A stretch of 64,000 nt of DNA from an uncultured Gemmatimonadales bacterium (GTDB lineage Bacteria; Gemmatimonadota; Gemmatimonadetes; Gemmatimonadales; GWC2-71-9). Below, one piece after another: positions 27,655 to 36,720 of this stretch (positions are counted from its first letter, which is position 1; every line of letters begins with the position of its first letter). The position numbers and the translations under genes are program-made. The stretch lies in the NCBI GenBank assembly GCA_963697435.1, contig CAVOOB010000001.1, positions 142,276 to 206,275 of the forward strand, in the 5' to 3' direction. The notes under the pieces are model-generated. The model was given only the letters and a program-made list of their open reading frames with translations, searched no databases and was not told the DNA's origin.

Positions 27655-28764
27655 CTATGCCTCCGGTGCCACGGCCGACCGATGGCGACCGAAGTTGTAG
27701 TAGGCCGCGCAGGCTCCTTCGGAGGAGACCATCGGCGCACCGAGGGGACGTTCCGGCGTGCAGAGCGTGCCGAAGGCGGGGCATTCAAACGGTTTGAGCG
27801 TTCCGCGGAGCACCTCCCCCGCCCGGCATTCCGCCGGCTCATCGACCGCGACGTCCTCGAGGCCGAACCGGAGCTCGGCGTCGAAGTCCGAGAACTCGGG
27901 CCGCAAAACGAGCCCACTCTTCGGGATGGTCCCCACACCCCGCCACTTCCGGTCGGCCAGCTCGAACACCTTCCGGACGAGATCCTGCGCTGGCGGCGTC
28001 CCGATGCGACGGACGGCGCGGACGTACTGGTTCTCGACCTCGTGTCGCCCTTCCTCGAGCTGACGGACCGCGAGCGCGATCCCCTCGAGGATATCGACCG
28101 GCTCAAACCCGGTAACGACGATCGGCACCTTGTACCTGGCGGCGATCGGCTCGTATTCCGTCCACCCCATCACGCTGCAGACGTGGCCCGCCGCCAGGAA
28201 GCCCTGCACGCGGTTCTCAGGCGCGTCGAGAATGGCGACCATGGCCGGGGGCACCGTGACGTGGGAGACGAGCACGCTGAAGTTCGGCACCCCCAGCTCC
28301 TTCGCCCGGAACACCGCCATGGCGTTGGCCGGGGCCGTCGTCTCGAAGCCGACCGCGAAGAACACCACCTGCTTGTCGGGATGCTTGATGGCCAGGTCGA
28401 GCGCATCCAGCGGCGAGTAGACCACACGCACGTCCCCGCCCCGCGCACGGATCTGCTGGAGGTCACACTCGCTGCCGGGGACGCGCAGCATGTCGCCGAA
28501 GGAGGTGAACAGGACGTCGGGCCGCGCCGCGAGCATCAGCGCCTTGTCGATCTGCTCGAGCGAGGTGACGCACACCGGACACCCGGGGCCATGGATCATC
28601 TCGACCGCCGGGGCGAGGATCTCGTCGAGCCCCTGCTTGACGATGGTGTGGGTCTGGCCACCGCAGACCTCCATGAGGACCCAGCGGCGGGTGGCGCTGT
28701 CGAGAATCTGGCGGACCAGGGTGCGCGCCAGCACGGGATCCCGGTACTCGTTGAGGTATCTCAT
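27655..28764 (-). CDS. hypD: Hydrogenase maturation protein HypD
   Basis: [10 protein letters not shown]...[11 protein letters not shown]...GPGCPVCVT motifs; 369 aa. Confidence 0.95.
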   Translation of the reverse strand: MRYLNEYRDPVLARTLVRQILDSATRRWVLMEVCGGQTHTIVKQGLDEILAPAVEMIHGPGCPVCVTSLEQIDKALMLAARPDVLFTSFGDMLRVPGSECDLQQIRARGGDVRVVYSPLDALDLAIKHPDKQVVFFAVGFETTAPANAMAVFRAKELGVPNFSVLVSHVTVPPAMVAILDAPENRVQGFLAAGHVCSVMGWTEYEPIAARYKVPIVVTGFEPVDILEGIALAVRQLEEGRHEVENQYVRAVRRIGTPPAQDLVRKVFELADRKWRGVGTIPKSGLVLRPEFSDFDAELRFGLEDVAVDEPAECRAGEVLRGTLKPFECPAFGTLCTPERPLGAPMVSSEGACAAYYNFGRHRSAVAPEA

Positions 28765-29015
28765 GGCGTCACCCCGAGTTCCCCCTCGAGGAGGCTCATC
28801 TCGCGGAGCATCTCGTAGGTGCGCTTGGCCTCCTCTTCATCCACCTTGGAGATAGCGAAGCCGACATGGACCACCACGTAGTCACCCGCCACCACCTCGT
28901 CCGCCACGTACGCCAGACAGACGTCCCGGCGCACGCCACCAAAGTCCACGGTCCCCATCGGAAGCCCGCTATCGCCGCGGATGTCCACGATCTGTCCAGG
29001 AATGCCGAGACACAT
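28761..29015 (-). CDS. hypC: Hydrogenase assembly chaperone HypC
   Basis: Starts [10 protein letters not shown]; 84 aa; overlaps the hypD start by 4 nt. Confidence 0.9.
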   Translation of the reverse strand: MCLGIPGQIVDIRGDSGLPMGTVDFGGVRRDVCLAYVADEVVAGDYVVVHVGFAISKVDEEEAKRTYEMLREMSLLEGELGVTP

Positions 29016-29041
29016 GGAACGCCTCCTTCGGGTTCAATCGG

Positions 29042-31372
29042 TCAACGTGCCAGTCGTGCGGCAGCCACGGCGGCCTGCCCGAAGCTGATGGCTCCATCGT
29101 TGGGGCTGAGGCGCCGGGGCCAGAGGACGGTCAGTCCGAAGCCCTGCAGCCGGCCCACCAGCGAGGTGAGCAGCCGCGCGTTCTGGAAAGTGCCCCCGCC
29201 GAGGGTAACGGTTCGGATGCCGCTCTCCTCGGACACCCGGCGGATCACCTCGGCGGCGGCCCACGCAATGCTCGCATGGAAATCGGCGGCGAGGTCTGCC
29301 ACGTTGTCACCCCGCTGCCGGCGCGAGCCGAGGACCGCCAGCAGGTGCAGCGGGTCGATAATCCAGGCTCCCTCGTCCGAACGATCCAACCCCACCCGAA
29401 TTTCGGAGGCGACGCGCCGCCCCGCAAGCGATTCGAGTTCCATCGCCGCCTGCCCCTCGTAGTCCGCCTTCAGGCGGAGTCCGAGGACGGCTGCGGCCGC
29501 ATCGAAGAGCCTTCCCATGGAGGACGCCCACGGAGCGTTCACCCCCCGTGTTGCCTGAAGTTCGGCGACGGCCCGCTCCGCCTCCTGGATGCCATCGAGC
29601 GCCAGGGTGAACGCATTCCCAAGGTGCGGGTCCAGCATCAGGTAGCCGAGTGCGGCGCGCCACGGATTGCGGGCGGCGAGGTCGCCGCCGGGGAGCGGGG
29701 CAGGCCGCAGGTGCCCGACGCGGCGAAAGCCGAGGAGGTCCGCCTGGAGAACCTCGCCACCCCAGACGCCGCCATCCGCGCCGTAGCCCACGCCGTCGAA
29801 CGAGAGCGCAAGCACCGGATCGGTCCGACCATGCTCCGCCATGACCGCGGCTGCGTGGGCGTGGTGGTGCTGCACCGGTTCCAGGACCCGCAACCCCGAT
29901 TCCAGCGCGACGCGAGTCGAGAAGTACCCCGGGTGCGCGTCGTGGACGACCGCCTCGGGCTCGATGCGGAACAGCGTCTTGAACCGGTCGAGCGCCGCGT
30001 GGAAGTGCTCCAGCGTCTCCAGGTTCTCGAGGTCACCGATATGCTGACTGACATACGCGCGCGCGCCGTGCACCAGCGTGAAGGTGTTCTTGAGATGCGG
30101 CCCGACCGCCAGGAGCGGTACCGGACTCCCGACCGGCAGATCGAGGGGGAGCGGCGCGTACCCCCGCGCGCGCCGCATCAGGATCGGCCCAATCTCCGTG
30201 GGCCGCACCACCGAATCATCGTACCGGGCGACGATCTCGCGATCATGAAGCAGGAAGCCGTCGGCGATGCCCTCCAACCGCGCCAGCGCCTCCTCATTCC
30301 CGGTCGCGATGGGTTCATCGCTCACGTTGCCGCTGGTCATCACCAGTGGCCGGCGGACCCGGTCGAGGAGGAGGTGATGCAGGGGTGTCGTCGGCAACAT
30401 GACGCCCACCCAGGCGAGCCCGGGGGCCACTCCCTCGGCCAGAGGATCGCGCGCTCCTCGCTCCAGCAGCACGATCGGGCGCTTCGGTGAGCGGAGGAGC
30501 AACGTCTCATCCCGGCCCACCACGCCGATTTTCCCCGCCTCCTCGAGGGTGCGGACCATGATCGCGAATGGCTTCGCCTCGCGGCGCTTCCGCAACCTGA
30601 GCTGCGCAACGGCGGATGCGTTGGTGGCGTCGACCGCCAGCTGGAACCCACCCACCCCCCTGAGCGCGACAATGCCGCCCTTGAGCAGTGTCAGCGCGGC
30701 GGCGGACAGCGCCTCGTCCGAAGCCGCCGTCTGTGTCGCGCCCTCTGGCGAGGCGTACCAGAGACGGGGGCCACATGCCGGACAGCTGTTCGTCTCCGAA
30801 TGGTGGCGTCGGTCGACCGGCGAGTCGTATTCGCGCTGGCAGGCCGCGCACTGTATAAAGACCGCCATGCTGGTTCGCGCGCGATCGTACGGCATCGACT
30901 CGATGACCGTGAAGCGAGGGCCGCAGTCGGTACAGGTGATGAACGGATATCCGTACCGGCGGTCCGCCGGATTCCGGAGCTCGGCCTCGCACTCGGCGCA
31001 AACGGCCACATCGGGCGAGACCGGCTGCCGTCGGTCCGGCTGCGCCTGGCTCGCCTCGATGGCGAAACCGCTGAGCCCGGTGACGATGCGTGTCGTCACG
31101 TCGATGCGCTCGATTTGCGCCAGCGGAGGTGCCTCGAGTTCGAGCGCCACTACGAACTCCTCCAGGGCGGCCGGGGCGCCTTCGACTTCGATCTGGACTT
31201 CGCCGGCGGTGTTGAGCACCCACCCGGCGAGTTGATGACGCAGGGCCAACCGATGCACAAAGGGGCGGAAGCCCACCCCTTGTACAACGCCCGAAATTCG
31301 GACGGCACGCCCCTCCCGGTCGTTCAGACCGATACGGGACGCCGCGCCAGCTGCCGGAGCAAGTTGTACCAC
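29042..31372 (-). CDS. hypF: Carbamoyltransferase HypF
   Basis: 776 aa. Acylphosphatase domain (VQGVGFRPFVHRLA), two zinc-finger pairs (CAECEAEL...CTDCGPRF; CAACQREY...CPACGPRL), and YrdC/Kae1-like domains. Confidence 0.95.
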   Translation of the reverse strand: MVQLAPAAGAASRIGLNDREGRAVRISGVVQGVGFRPFVHRLALRHQLAGWVLNTAGEVQIEVEGAPAALEEFVVALELEAPPLAQIERIDVTTRIVTGLSGFAIEASQAQPDRRQPVSPDVAVCAECEAELRNPADRRYGYPFITCTDCGPRFTVIESMPYDRARTSMAVFIQCAACQREYDSPVDRRHHSETNSCPACGPRLWYASPEGATQTAASDEALSAAALTLLKGGIVALRGVGGFQLAVDATNASAVAQLRLRKRREAKPFAIMVRTLEEAGKIGVVGRDETLLLRSPKRPIVLLERGARDPLAEGVAPGLAWVGVMLPTTPLHHLLLDRVRRPLVMTSGNVSDEPIATGNEEALARLEGIADGFLLHDREIVARYDDSVVRPTEIGPILMRRARGYAPLPLDLPVGSPVPLLAVGPHLKNTFTLVHGARAYVSQHIGDLENLETLEHFHAALDRFKTLFRIEPEAVVHDAHPGYFSTRVALESGLRVLEPVQHHHAHAAAVMAEHGRTDPVLALSFDGVGYGADGGVWGGEVLQADLLGFRRVGHLRPAPLPGGDLAARNPWRAALGYLMLDPHLGNAFTLALDGIQEAERAVAELQATRGVNAPWASSMGRLFDAAAAVLGLRLKADYEGQAAMELESLAGRRVASEIRVGLDRSDEGAWIIDPLHLLAVLGSRRQRGDNVADLAADFHASIAWAAAEVIRRVSEESGIRTVTLGGGTFQNARLLTSLVGRLQGFGLTVLWPRRLSPNDGAISFGQAAVAAARLAR

Positions 31373-31995
31373 GTGTCGAGCCCCTCACCGGTCAGGGCGG
31401 AGGTCTGGAAAAACTTCAGGTCCGGATTGACCTCTCGTGCAAAGCCAAGCGCCTGCTCCAGGTTGAACGGCACATGGGGGAGCAGGTCGATCTTGGTCAG
31501 GACCGCGTAGCGTGCCTGCTGGAACACCTTGGGATACTTGAGCGGCTTGTCCTCGCCCTCCGTCACCGAGAAGAGCACCACCTTGGCATCCTCCCCGAGG
31601 TCCCAGCTCGCGGGGCAGACGAGGTTGCCGACATTTTCGACGAAGAGCAAGTCGGTGGCCGCCAGGTCGATGGCTTCGAGGGCGGTCTCGACCTGTCTCG
31701 CATCGAGGTGGCAGGCGCCGCCGGTCACCACCGCCTGCACCAGGCGCGTCGTGTGCCGGGCCAGCCGGTCGGCATCGTTCTGGGTCTGCACGTCCCCGGT
31801 CACCACCGCCATCCGGAGTTCGTCGCCGAGGGCGGCGAGGGTGCGCTCGAGGAGGAGTGTCTTTCCCGATCCCGGAGAGGACACCAGGTTCAGCGCCGGG
31901 ACCCCGGCGGCGGCGAGGCGTGCCCGGACCGTGCCGGCAATCTCGTTGTTTCGAGCCATGACTGGCTCTCGGAGTTCAATTGTCCTGACGGTCAT
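31324..31995 (-). CDS. hypB: Hydrogenase nickel-incorporation GTPase HypB
   Basis: SSPGSGKTLLLE P-loop, ...ENVGNLVCP...TKIDLLP. Start taken at MTVRTIEL (31995). Confidence 0.9.
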   Translation of the reverse strand: MTVRTIELREPVMARNNEIAGTVRARLAAAGVPALNLVSSPGSGKTLLLERTLAALGDELRMAVVTGDVQTQNDADRLARHTTRLVQAVVTGGACHLDARQVETALEAIDLAATDLLFVENVGNLVCPASWDLGEDAKVVLFSVTEGEDKPLKYPKVFQQARYAVLTKIDLLPHVPFNLEQALGFAREVNPDLKFFQTSALTGEGLDTWYNLLRQLARRPVSV

Positions 31996-32236
31996 CGTCG
32001 AGCTCCAGGTAAGTGACGCGAAGCACATCGCCCTGGCACCGGGTCATGGCGGGCCGGGCCCGGTGGAACGGTGGTGCGGCCAGCAGTGCCTCGAGGCAAA
32101 AGAGCAAGTTGTCGGGCTCAAGGCCGGAGTCGTCTCCGACATCGAGCCCGACGGTAATGAGCTGCGGCAGTTCTGCCGGGGAGAGTCGCTCCTCCGCGAG
32201 GCGGCAGACCTCCACCGCCACGCTCATTTCATGCAT
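31976..32236 (-). CDS. hypA: HypA-like nickel metallochaperone lacking the zinc-finger domain
   Basis: 86 aa. It starts MHEMS (MHE Ni-binding N-terminus). It ends ...RCQGDVLRVTYLELDDD, which aligns to the E. coli HypA C-terminus (RRCPQCHGDMLQIV...). The CxxC-X12-CxxC segment is absent. Confidence 0.7.
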   Translation of the reverse strand: MHEMSVAVEVCRLAEERLSPAELPQLITVGLDVGDDSGLEPDNLLFCLEALLAAPPFHRARPAMTRCQGDVLRVTYLELDDDRQDN

Positions 32237-32738
32237 GGGCCGGTGCGCGCGGTGAAACCCGGATACCCCATTCCCTCAGTTGACCTGCCATCCGATCGGG
32301 AAGTCGGTCGGTTCCCCGCTCCACCGCGGGGGTCATGTCGGACCGCATTTCGACCACCGATGGCTCGACGCCGAGCGCCACCGTCATCGGGGGGAGTGTC
32401 CCGCGCACCTGGGCGAGTGTCAGCACGTCCACGATATCCACCTGGTGCACCGAGATCTTCTGCCCCAGCACCTTCGGCAGGTCCGGACCGTCGAGGAACA
32501 CGTCCGCGCCGGGTTCGAGCCCGGCGCGGATGGCGTCGACCAGCAGCAACTTGCCGGCGGACTCGATATAGGGGAGCAGGTTCATTCCCCAGGTGCCGCC
32601 GTCCATCAGCTCGATGCCATCGCCAACGTCGAACCGGTCCCGGAACCGCTCCAGCGCGATGATCCCCACGCCGTCGTCGCCCATGATGGGGTTGCCGAGG
32701 CCCAGGACGAGGACCGGCCGGACGTTATTCGTCCACAT
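32229..32738 (-). CDS. hupD: [NiFe] hydrogenase maturation endopeptidase (HyaD/HupD family)
   Basis: VLVLGLGNPIMGDDGVGIIA signature. Start taken at MWTNN (32738), overlapping the cytochrome b stop. Confidence 0.85.
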   Translation of the reverse strand: MWTNNVRPVLVLGLGNPIMGDDGVGIIALERFRDRFDVGDGIELMDGGTWGMNLLPYIESAGKLLLVDAIRAGLEPGADVFLDGPDLPKVLGQKISVHQVDIVDVLTLAQVRGTLPPMTVALGVEPSVVEMRSDMTPAVERGTDRLPDRMAGQLREWGIRVSPRAPAHA

Positions 32739-33492
32739 ACTGGATGTCCGCCTTGATGTAGTGGCCTCCGCTGAAGATGCCCGACAGTCCACCGCCATGT
32801 TCCGTAATGTCCTTCCGGAGCACCAGGTAGATGTGGATGATCGGGAAGACGATAAACCACCAGGTGCAGAGGTGGTGGGTCAGGCGGATGATCTGGATCC
32901 CGCCAACGGCGAGGACCATCGGCTCCGTGAGGCCGTACCAGAACCCGCCGGGGTTGGCCTGCCCGTACATGGCGAAGCCCGTGAACACCATGACCGCGGC
33001 GATCAGGTAGGTGAAGGTGTAGCTCAACTGCTGCAACGGGTTGTGCCCGATGTAGTAGATGCCGTGATCCCCTTCGATCATCAGGTAGTACTTGATCTGT
33101 TTCCAGAGGTTGACCCAGTCGCGCCACCGGATCGGGAAGAGCGCGGGGAGACGCTCGAACTGATTGCCCGCGAAGAGCCAGTAGATCCGGATCAGCCCGG
33201 CGGCCACGAGCAGTCCCGCGGCAATGAAGTGGGCCAGGCGGATGTAGCCCATCAGGAACTCGGGTGGTCCGCCGGTGGTGAGGAAGTAGGGTCGATTGAT
33301 GAAGAAGCCGGTGACCACCAGGGCGGTGATCGTGATGAACGCCACCCAGTGGGTGAACCGGAGGGGGCCGCCCCACGGTGAGACCCAGCGGTAGTCACCC
33401 GAGGGTGGGGCGGAATGCCGTCCAAGCGGAAAGAGCGGCGAATCGGCGAGGGGCGGCGGCGCGGGGCCATGCCGCGGCGTGGAAGTCGTCAT
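32725..33492 (-). CDS. hupC: Ni/Fe-hydrogenase b-type cytochrome subunit
   Basis: Four-TM protein (RFTHWVAFITITALVVTGFFI..., IRLAHFIAAGLL..., HNPLQQLSY...). Start MTTSTP at 33492 overlaps the large-subunit stop. Confidence 0.85.
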   Translation of the reverse strand: MTTSTPRHGPAPPPLADSPLFPLGRHSAPPSGDYRWVSPWGGPLRFTHWVAFITITALVVTGFFINRPYFLTTGGPPEFLMGYIRLAHFIAAGLLVAAGLIRIYWLFAGNQFERLPALFPIRWRDWVNLWKQIKYYLMIEGDHGIYYIGHNPLQQLSYTFTYLIAAVMVFTGFAMYGQANPGGFWYGLTEPMVLAVGGIQIIRLTHHLCTWWFIVFPIIHIYLVLRKDITEHGGGLSGIFSGGHYIKADIQYVDE

Positions 33493-35204
33493 TGGACCTT
33501 GACCTCCACGATCGGATTCCCGGCGGCGTCGAGCACGTGGACACCACACGCCATGCAGGGATCGAAGGAGTGGATCGTGCGCAGGATCTCGAGCGGCTGC
33601 TCCGGCCGGAGCAGCGGGTGGTGATCCATCAGCGCCGCCTCGTAGGGCCCGGGCACGCCTTGTTCATCCCGCGGGGAGCAGTTCCAGGTGCTGGGCACCA
33701 CGCACTGGTAGCGGGAGATCTTGCCATCCTGAATCTGAACCCAGTGGCCAAGGGCGCCACGGGCGGCGTCGAGGTATCCGTAGCCCTGGGCCGTCTTCGG
33801 CCAGGTCTCGGGGTCCCAGAACTCGCCGTTGAAGGTGCGGGTATCGCCGTTCTTGATGCGGTTGACGAGTTGGCCGTACCAGTTCTGCATCTGGTTGGCC
33901 AGCAGCACCGTCTCCATGCAGCGCGCGCCCACGCGGCCGAGCGTCGAGAAGAGCGCGGCCGGCGGCACGTCGAGGCGGGTCAGGAGTTCGGTCACAATCT
34001 CCTTGATGTCGGGCTGGCCCGCGGCGTAGCCGACCAGCATCCGCGAGAGCGGCCCGACCTCCATGGGACGCCCATCGTACCGCGGCGACTTCATCCAGGT
34101 GTACTTCTTCTCGTCCTGCAGGTACGTCCACGGGGTCGGCGGGCCGGTGTACTTCGGGACCGTCTCCCCCTCCCACGGGTGGAGCGATGCGGCATCGCCG
34201 CCGGAATACTCGTACCAGGAACTGGTGATCCCCTCCGTGACCAGCGTCTGATCGTACGGATACACCTTGGAGAGGTCGCGGTTCAGGACGATCCCGCGGG
34301 GGAAGTAGAGCGAATCGAGGTCGTTGGTGTCGACGGCGGCGTACTCGCCGACGGTGAGGTAGTTGCCCGTCCCGCCGCCGATGGCGCCCCAGTTCTTATA
34401 GAACCCGGCGATGGCCTGCACGTCGGGCCAGTACACCTCGTCCACGAACCGCTTGGCGCGGGTGATCATCGCCTGCACATCGGAGAGGCGCGCCGCGTTG
34501 ATGGTCGCGGTGTCGTTGAGGTTGATGGCACTGGCCATGCCGCCGACCAGGAAGTTCGGGTGCGGGTTCTTTCCGCCAAAGATCGTGTGGAGGCGGATCA
34601 CGTCCTTCTGCCAGTCGAGCGCCTCGAGGTAGTGCGCCACCGCCAGGAGATTCACCTCCGGCGGGAGCTTGTAGGCGGGGTGGCCCCAGTAGCCGTTGGT
34701 GAAGATGCCGAGCTGGCCACCGGCCGCGAATGTCTTGATCCGGTTCTGCACCTCGGCGAAGTAGGTCGCGGAGTTGTTGGGCCAGGGGGAAATGCTCTTG
34801 GCGATGGCCGCTGTCTTGGCCGGATCGGCGCTCAGCGAGCTAATGATGTCCACCCAGTCGAGCGCATGCAGGTGGTAGAAGTGGATGACGTGGTCCTGGA
34901 TGGTCTGCATCCCGTGGACCAGGTTGCGGATCAGGGTGGCGTTGGGCGGAATCTTGATGCCCAGGGCGTCCTCGACCGCGCGGCAGGAGGCGACGGCGTG
35001 CACCACCGTGCAGACGCCGCAGATCCGCTGGGTGAAGGCCCAGGCGTCGCGCGGGTCGCGTCCCTGCATGATGGTCTCGATGCCGCGGAACTGGGTGGAG
35101 GAGGCCCAGGCCGTGGAGATCATCTGGTTCTCCGCCGTGCACTCGATCCGGAGGTGTCCTTCGATACGAGTGATAGGGTCTACGACCACTTTAGTCTTGG
35201 CCAT
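33489..35204 (-). CDS. hupL: Group 1 [NiFe] uptake hydrogenase large subunit
   Basis: MAKTKVVVDPITRIEGH, L1 QRICGVCTVVH, L2 SFDPCMACGVHVLD with a C-terminal extension for proteolytic maturation. Confidence 0.95.
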   Translation of the reverse strand: MAKTKVVVDPITRIEGHLRIECTAENQMISTAWASSTQFRGIETIMQGRDPRDAWAFTQRICGVCTVVHAVASCRAVEDALGIKIPPNATLIRNLVHGMQTIQDHVIHFYHLHALDWVDIISSLSADPAKTAAIAKSISPWPNNSATYFAEVQNRIKTFAAGGQLGIFTNGYWGHPAYKLPPEVNLLAVAHYLEALDWQKDVIRLHTIFGGKNPHPNFLVGGMASAINLNDTATINAARLSDVQAMITRAKRFVDEVYWPDVQAIAGFYKNWGAIGGGTGNYLTVGEYAAVDTNDLDSLYFPRGIVLNRDLSKVYPYDQTLVTEGITSSWYEYSGGDAASLHPWEGETVPKYTGPPTPWTYLQDEKKYTWMKSPRYDGRPMEVGPLSRMLVGYAAGQPDIKEIVTELLTRLDVPPAALFSTLGRVGARCMETVLLANQMQNWYGQLVNRIKNGDTRTFNGEFWDPETWPKTAQGYGYLDAARGALGHWVQIQDGKISRYQCVVPSTWNCSPRDEQGVPGPYEAALMDHHPLLRPEQPLEILRTIHSFDPCMACGVHVLDAAGNPIVEVKVQ

Positions 35205-36327
35205 CGTGACCTCCCTCCGCCGCCGCAGCCGCTTTCTTGCGCGAGCGAATCTGGTGTACGGTAGTGGCGGTGGCATGCGCGGCCACGCCGGCAATGGTCC
35301 CGACCGCGAGCGCGGCGCCAATGGTGTCGGCGGTCTTCTCGATGCCGATGCCGGCCACGTTGGGCAACCGGGTGTAGAACGGGGTCATGGTGTCCCAGAA
35401 CCCACGCTCGGTGCAGCCGATGCACGGGTGACCGGCCCCGATCGGCCAGCTGGTCTTCATGTTCCACTGGAAGATCGGGCAGGGGCTGAAGGTCGCCGGC
35501 CCCTTGCACCCCACCTTATACAGGCACCACCCCTTGCGGGCGGCCTCGTCGTCAAATTCCTCGACATACTGGCCGGCGTCGAAGTTGGCCCGGCGCGGGC
35601 ACTGATCGTGGATCCGCGCGCCATAGGCGAAGAGCGGCCGACCGTCGGCGTCAAGCTCCGGAAGCCCGCCGAAGGTCAGGTAGTGGACCAGGGTGGCCGT
35701 GACCGTCTCGGCAATCGGCGGGCACCCGGTCAGCTGCACCACCGGCTTGTCCTTGATGATATCGGCGATGCCCACCGCCCCGGTCGGGTTCGGCTTGGCG
35801 GCCTGGACACTGCCCCAGTGCGCGCACGCGCCGACGCCGATCACCGCCTTGGCGCCGGCGGCGGCCTCGACCAGGATGTCCTTGGCCGTCCGGCCGCCGA
35901 TCACCGTATAGATGCCGTCCTCGGCGAGCGGCACCGAGCCGGTCACCACGAGGAGGTACTCGCCCATGTTGGCCTTCATCGAGGCGTGCAGCGCTTCCTC
36001 CGCTGCCGTGCCTGAGGCCGCCATGAGCGTGTGCGAGTAGTCGAGGGAGACGATGTTCAGGATCAGTTCGCCGATCGAGGGATCGGCGCTCCGCAGAACG
36101 CTCTCGACGCAGCCGGTGCACTCCTGCAGCTGAATCCAGATGACCACAGGCCGCTTGACGCCTTCCAGCGCGGCGGCCACGCGCGGTGCGGCCATTTCGG
36201 TCAGGCCGAGGAGCACGGCCATCTGGCCGCAGAACTCGAGGAAGTCGCGGCGGGATACGCCGCTTGTCTCGAGATGCTCGCCGAGGGTCTGATCTTTGGC
36301 CCAGGGGAACTGCGTGGGAAAGAACAT
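35191..36327 (-). CDS. hupS: [NiFe] hydrogenase small subunit with Tat signal and C-terminal membrane anchor
   Basis: ATG 36327 follows a GGAGG RBS. Tat motif SRRDFLEFCG. Fe-S cysteines (ECTGCVES, GACAHWG, CPRRANF, CLYKVGCKGP, CIGC). Hydrophobic C-terminal tail. Confidence 0.95.
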   Translation of the reverse strand: MFFPTQFPWAKDQTLGEHLETSGVSRRDFLEFCGQMAVLLGLTEMAAPRVAAALEGVKRPVVIWIQLQECTGCVESVLRSADPSIGELILNIVSLDYSHTLMAASGTAAEEALHASMKANMGEYLLVVTGSVPLAEDGIYTVIGGRTAKDILVEAAAGAKAVIGVGACAHWGSVQAAKPNPTGAVGIADIIKDKPVVQLTGCPPIAETVTATLVHYLTFGGLPELDADGRPLFAYGARIHDQCPRRANFDAGQYVEEFDDEAARKGWCLYKVGCKGPATFSPCPIFQWNMKTSWPIGAGHPCIGCTERGFWDTMTPFYTRLPNVAGIGIEKTADTIGAALAVGTIAGVAAHATATTVHQIRSRKKAAAAAEGGHDGQD

Positions 36328-36720
36328 CGTCTGAACCTCCGGTCCACAATGGTGCGGGATGGACCGGCGGCGGGAGGAGCCCGCCGTCGGGGGGGGAATC
36401 CAACTGAGACAACATCCGAATCGGCGAATAAATCTGATCTGAAGAGATTCTGAAGATGATTTCAGTACTGCTACGGAGTGGAGGATGCGCGATACGAATC
36501 GGAACTGCCGAGTTCCGCGAGAAACGGTCGCGTCACATTCATCGAGATGCGGCTGGAACGACGCCACCGCGGTATGCTGGAAGCGAAGATTCTCCAAAGA
36601 GTTAGTGAAGGAACAATAAATTTTGTAACGATAGCCCCGTATTGCCACGGAGACCCATTGCGCGAAAGCCCGGAGAGGGAAAAATTGCTCGCGTCCTCCC
36701 TCAACTCAAGGGTCATTCCT
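36328..36720. promoter_or_regulatory. 393-bp A/T-richer divergent control region between the hydrogenase operon and the cytochrome cluster
   Basis: No convincing CDS. Contains the palindrome ggaactgccgagttcc, the repeat cgaatcgg x2, and the inverted repeats ctgaa-N6-ttcag and gaggga-N16-tccctc. Confidence 0.4.

Noticed and set aside
26595-28106. The 503-aa ORF reported for the hypE frame
   Set aside because: The upstream ~150 codons are a run-on overlapping hypD in another frame. HypE starts at the ATG at 27653 (MTVTIGGGP), directly after the hypD stop.
33489-35204. A [NiFeSe] hydrogenase
   Set aside because: The C-terminal metal-binding motif is DPCMACGVH, with Cys codons and no in-frame TGA.
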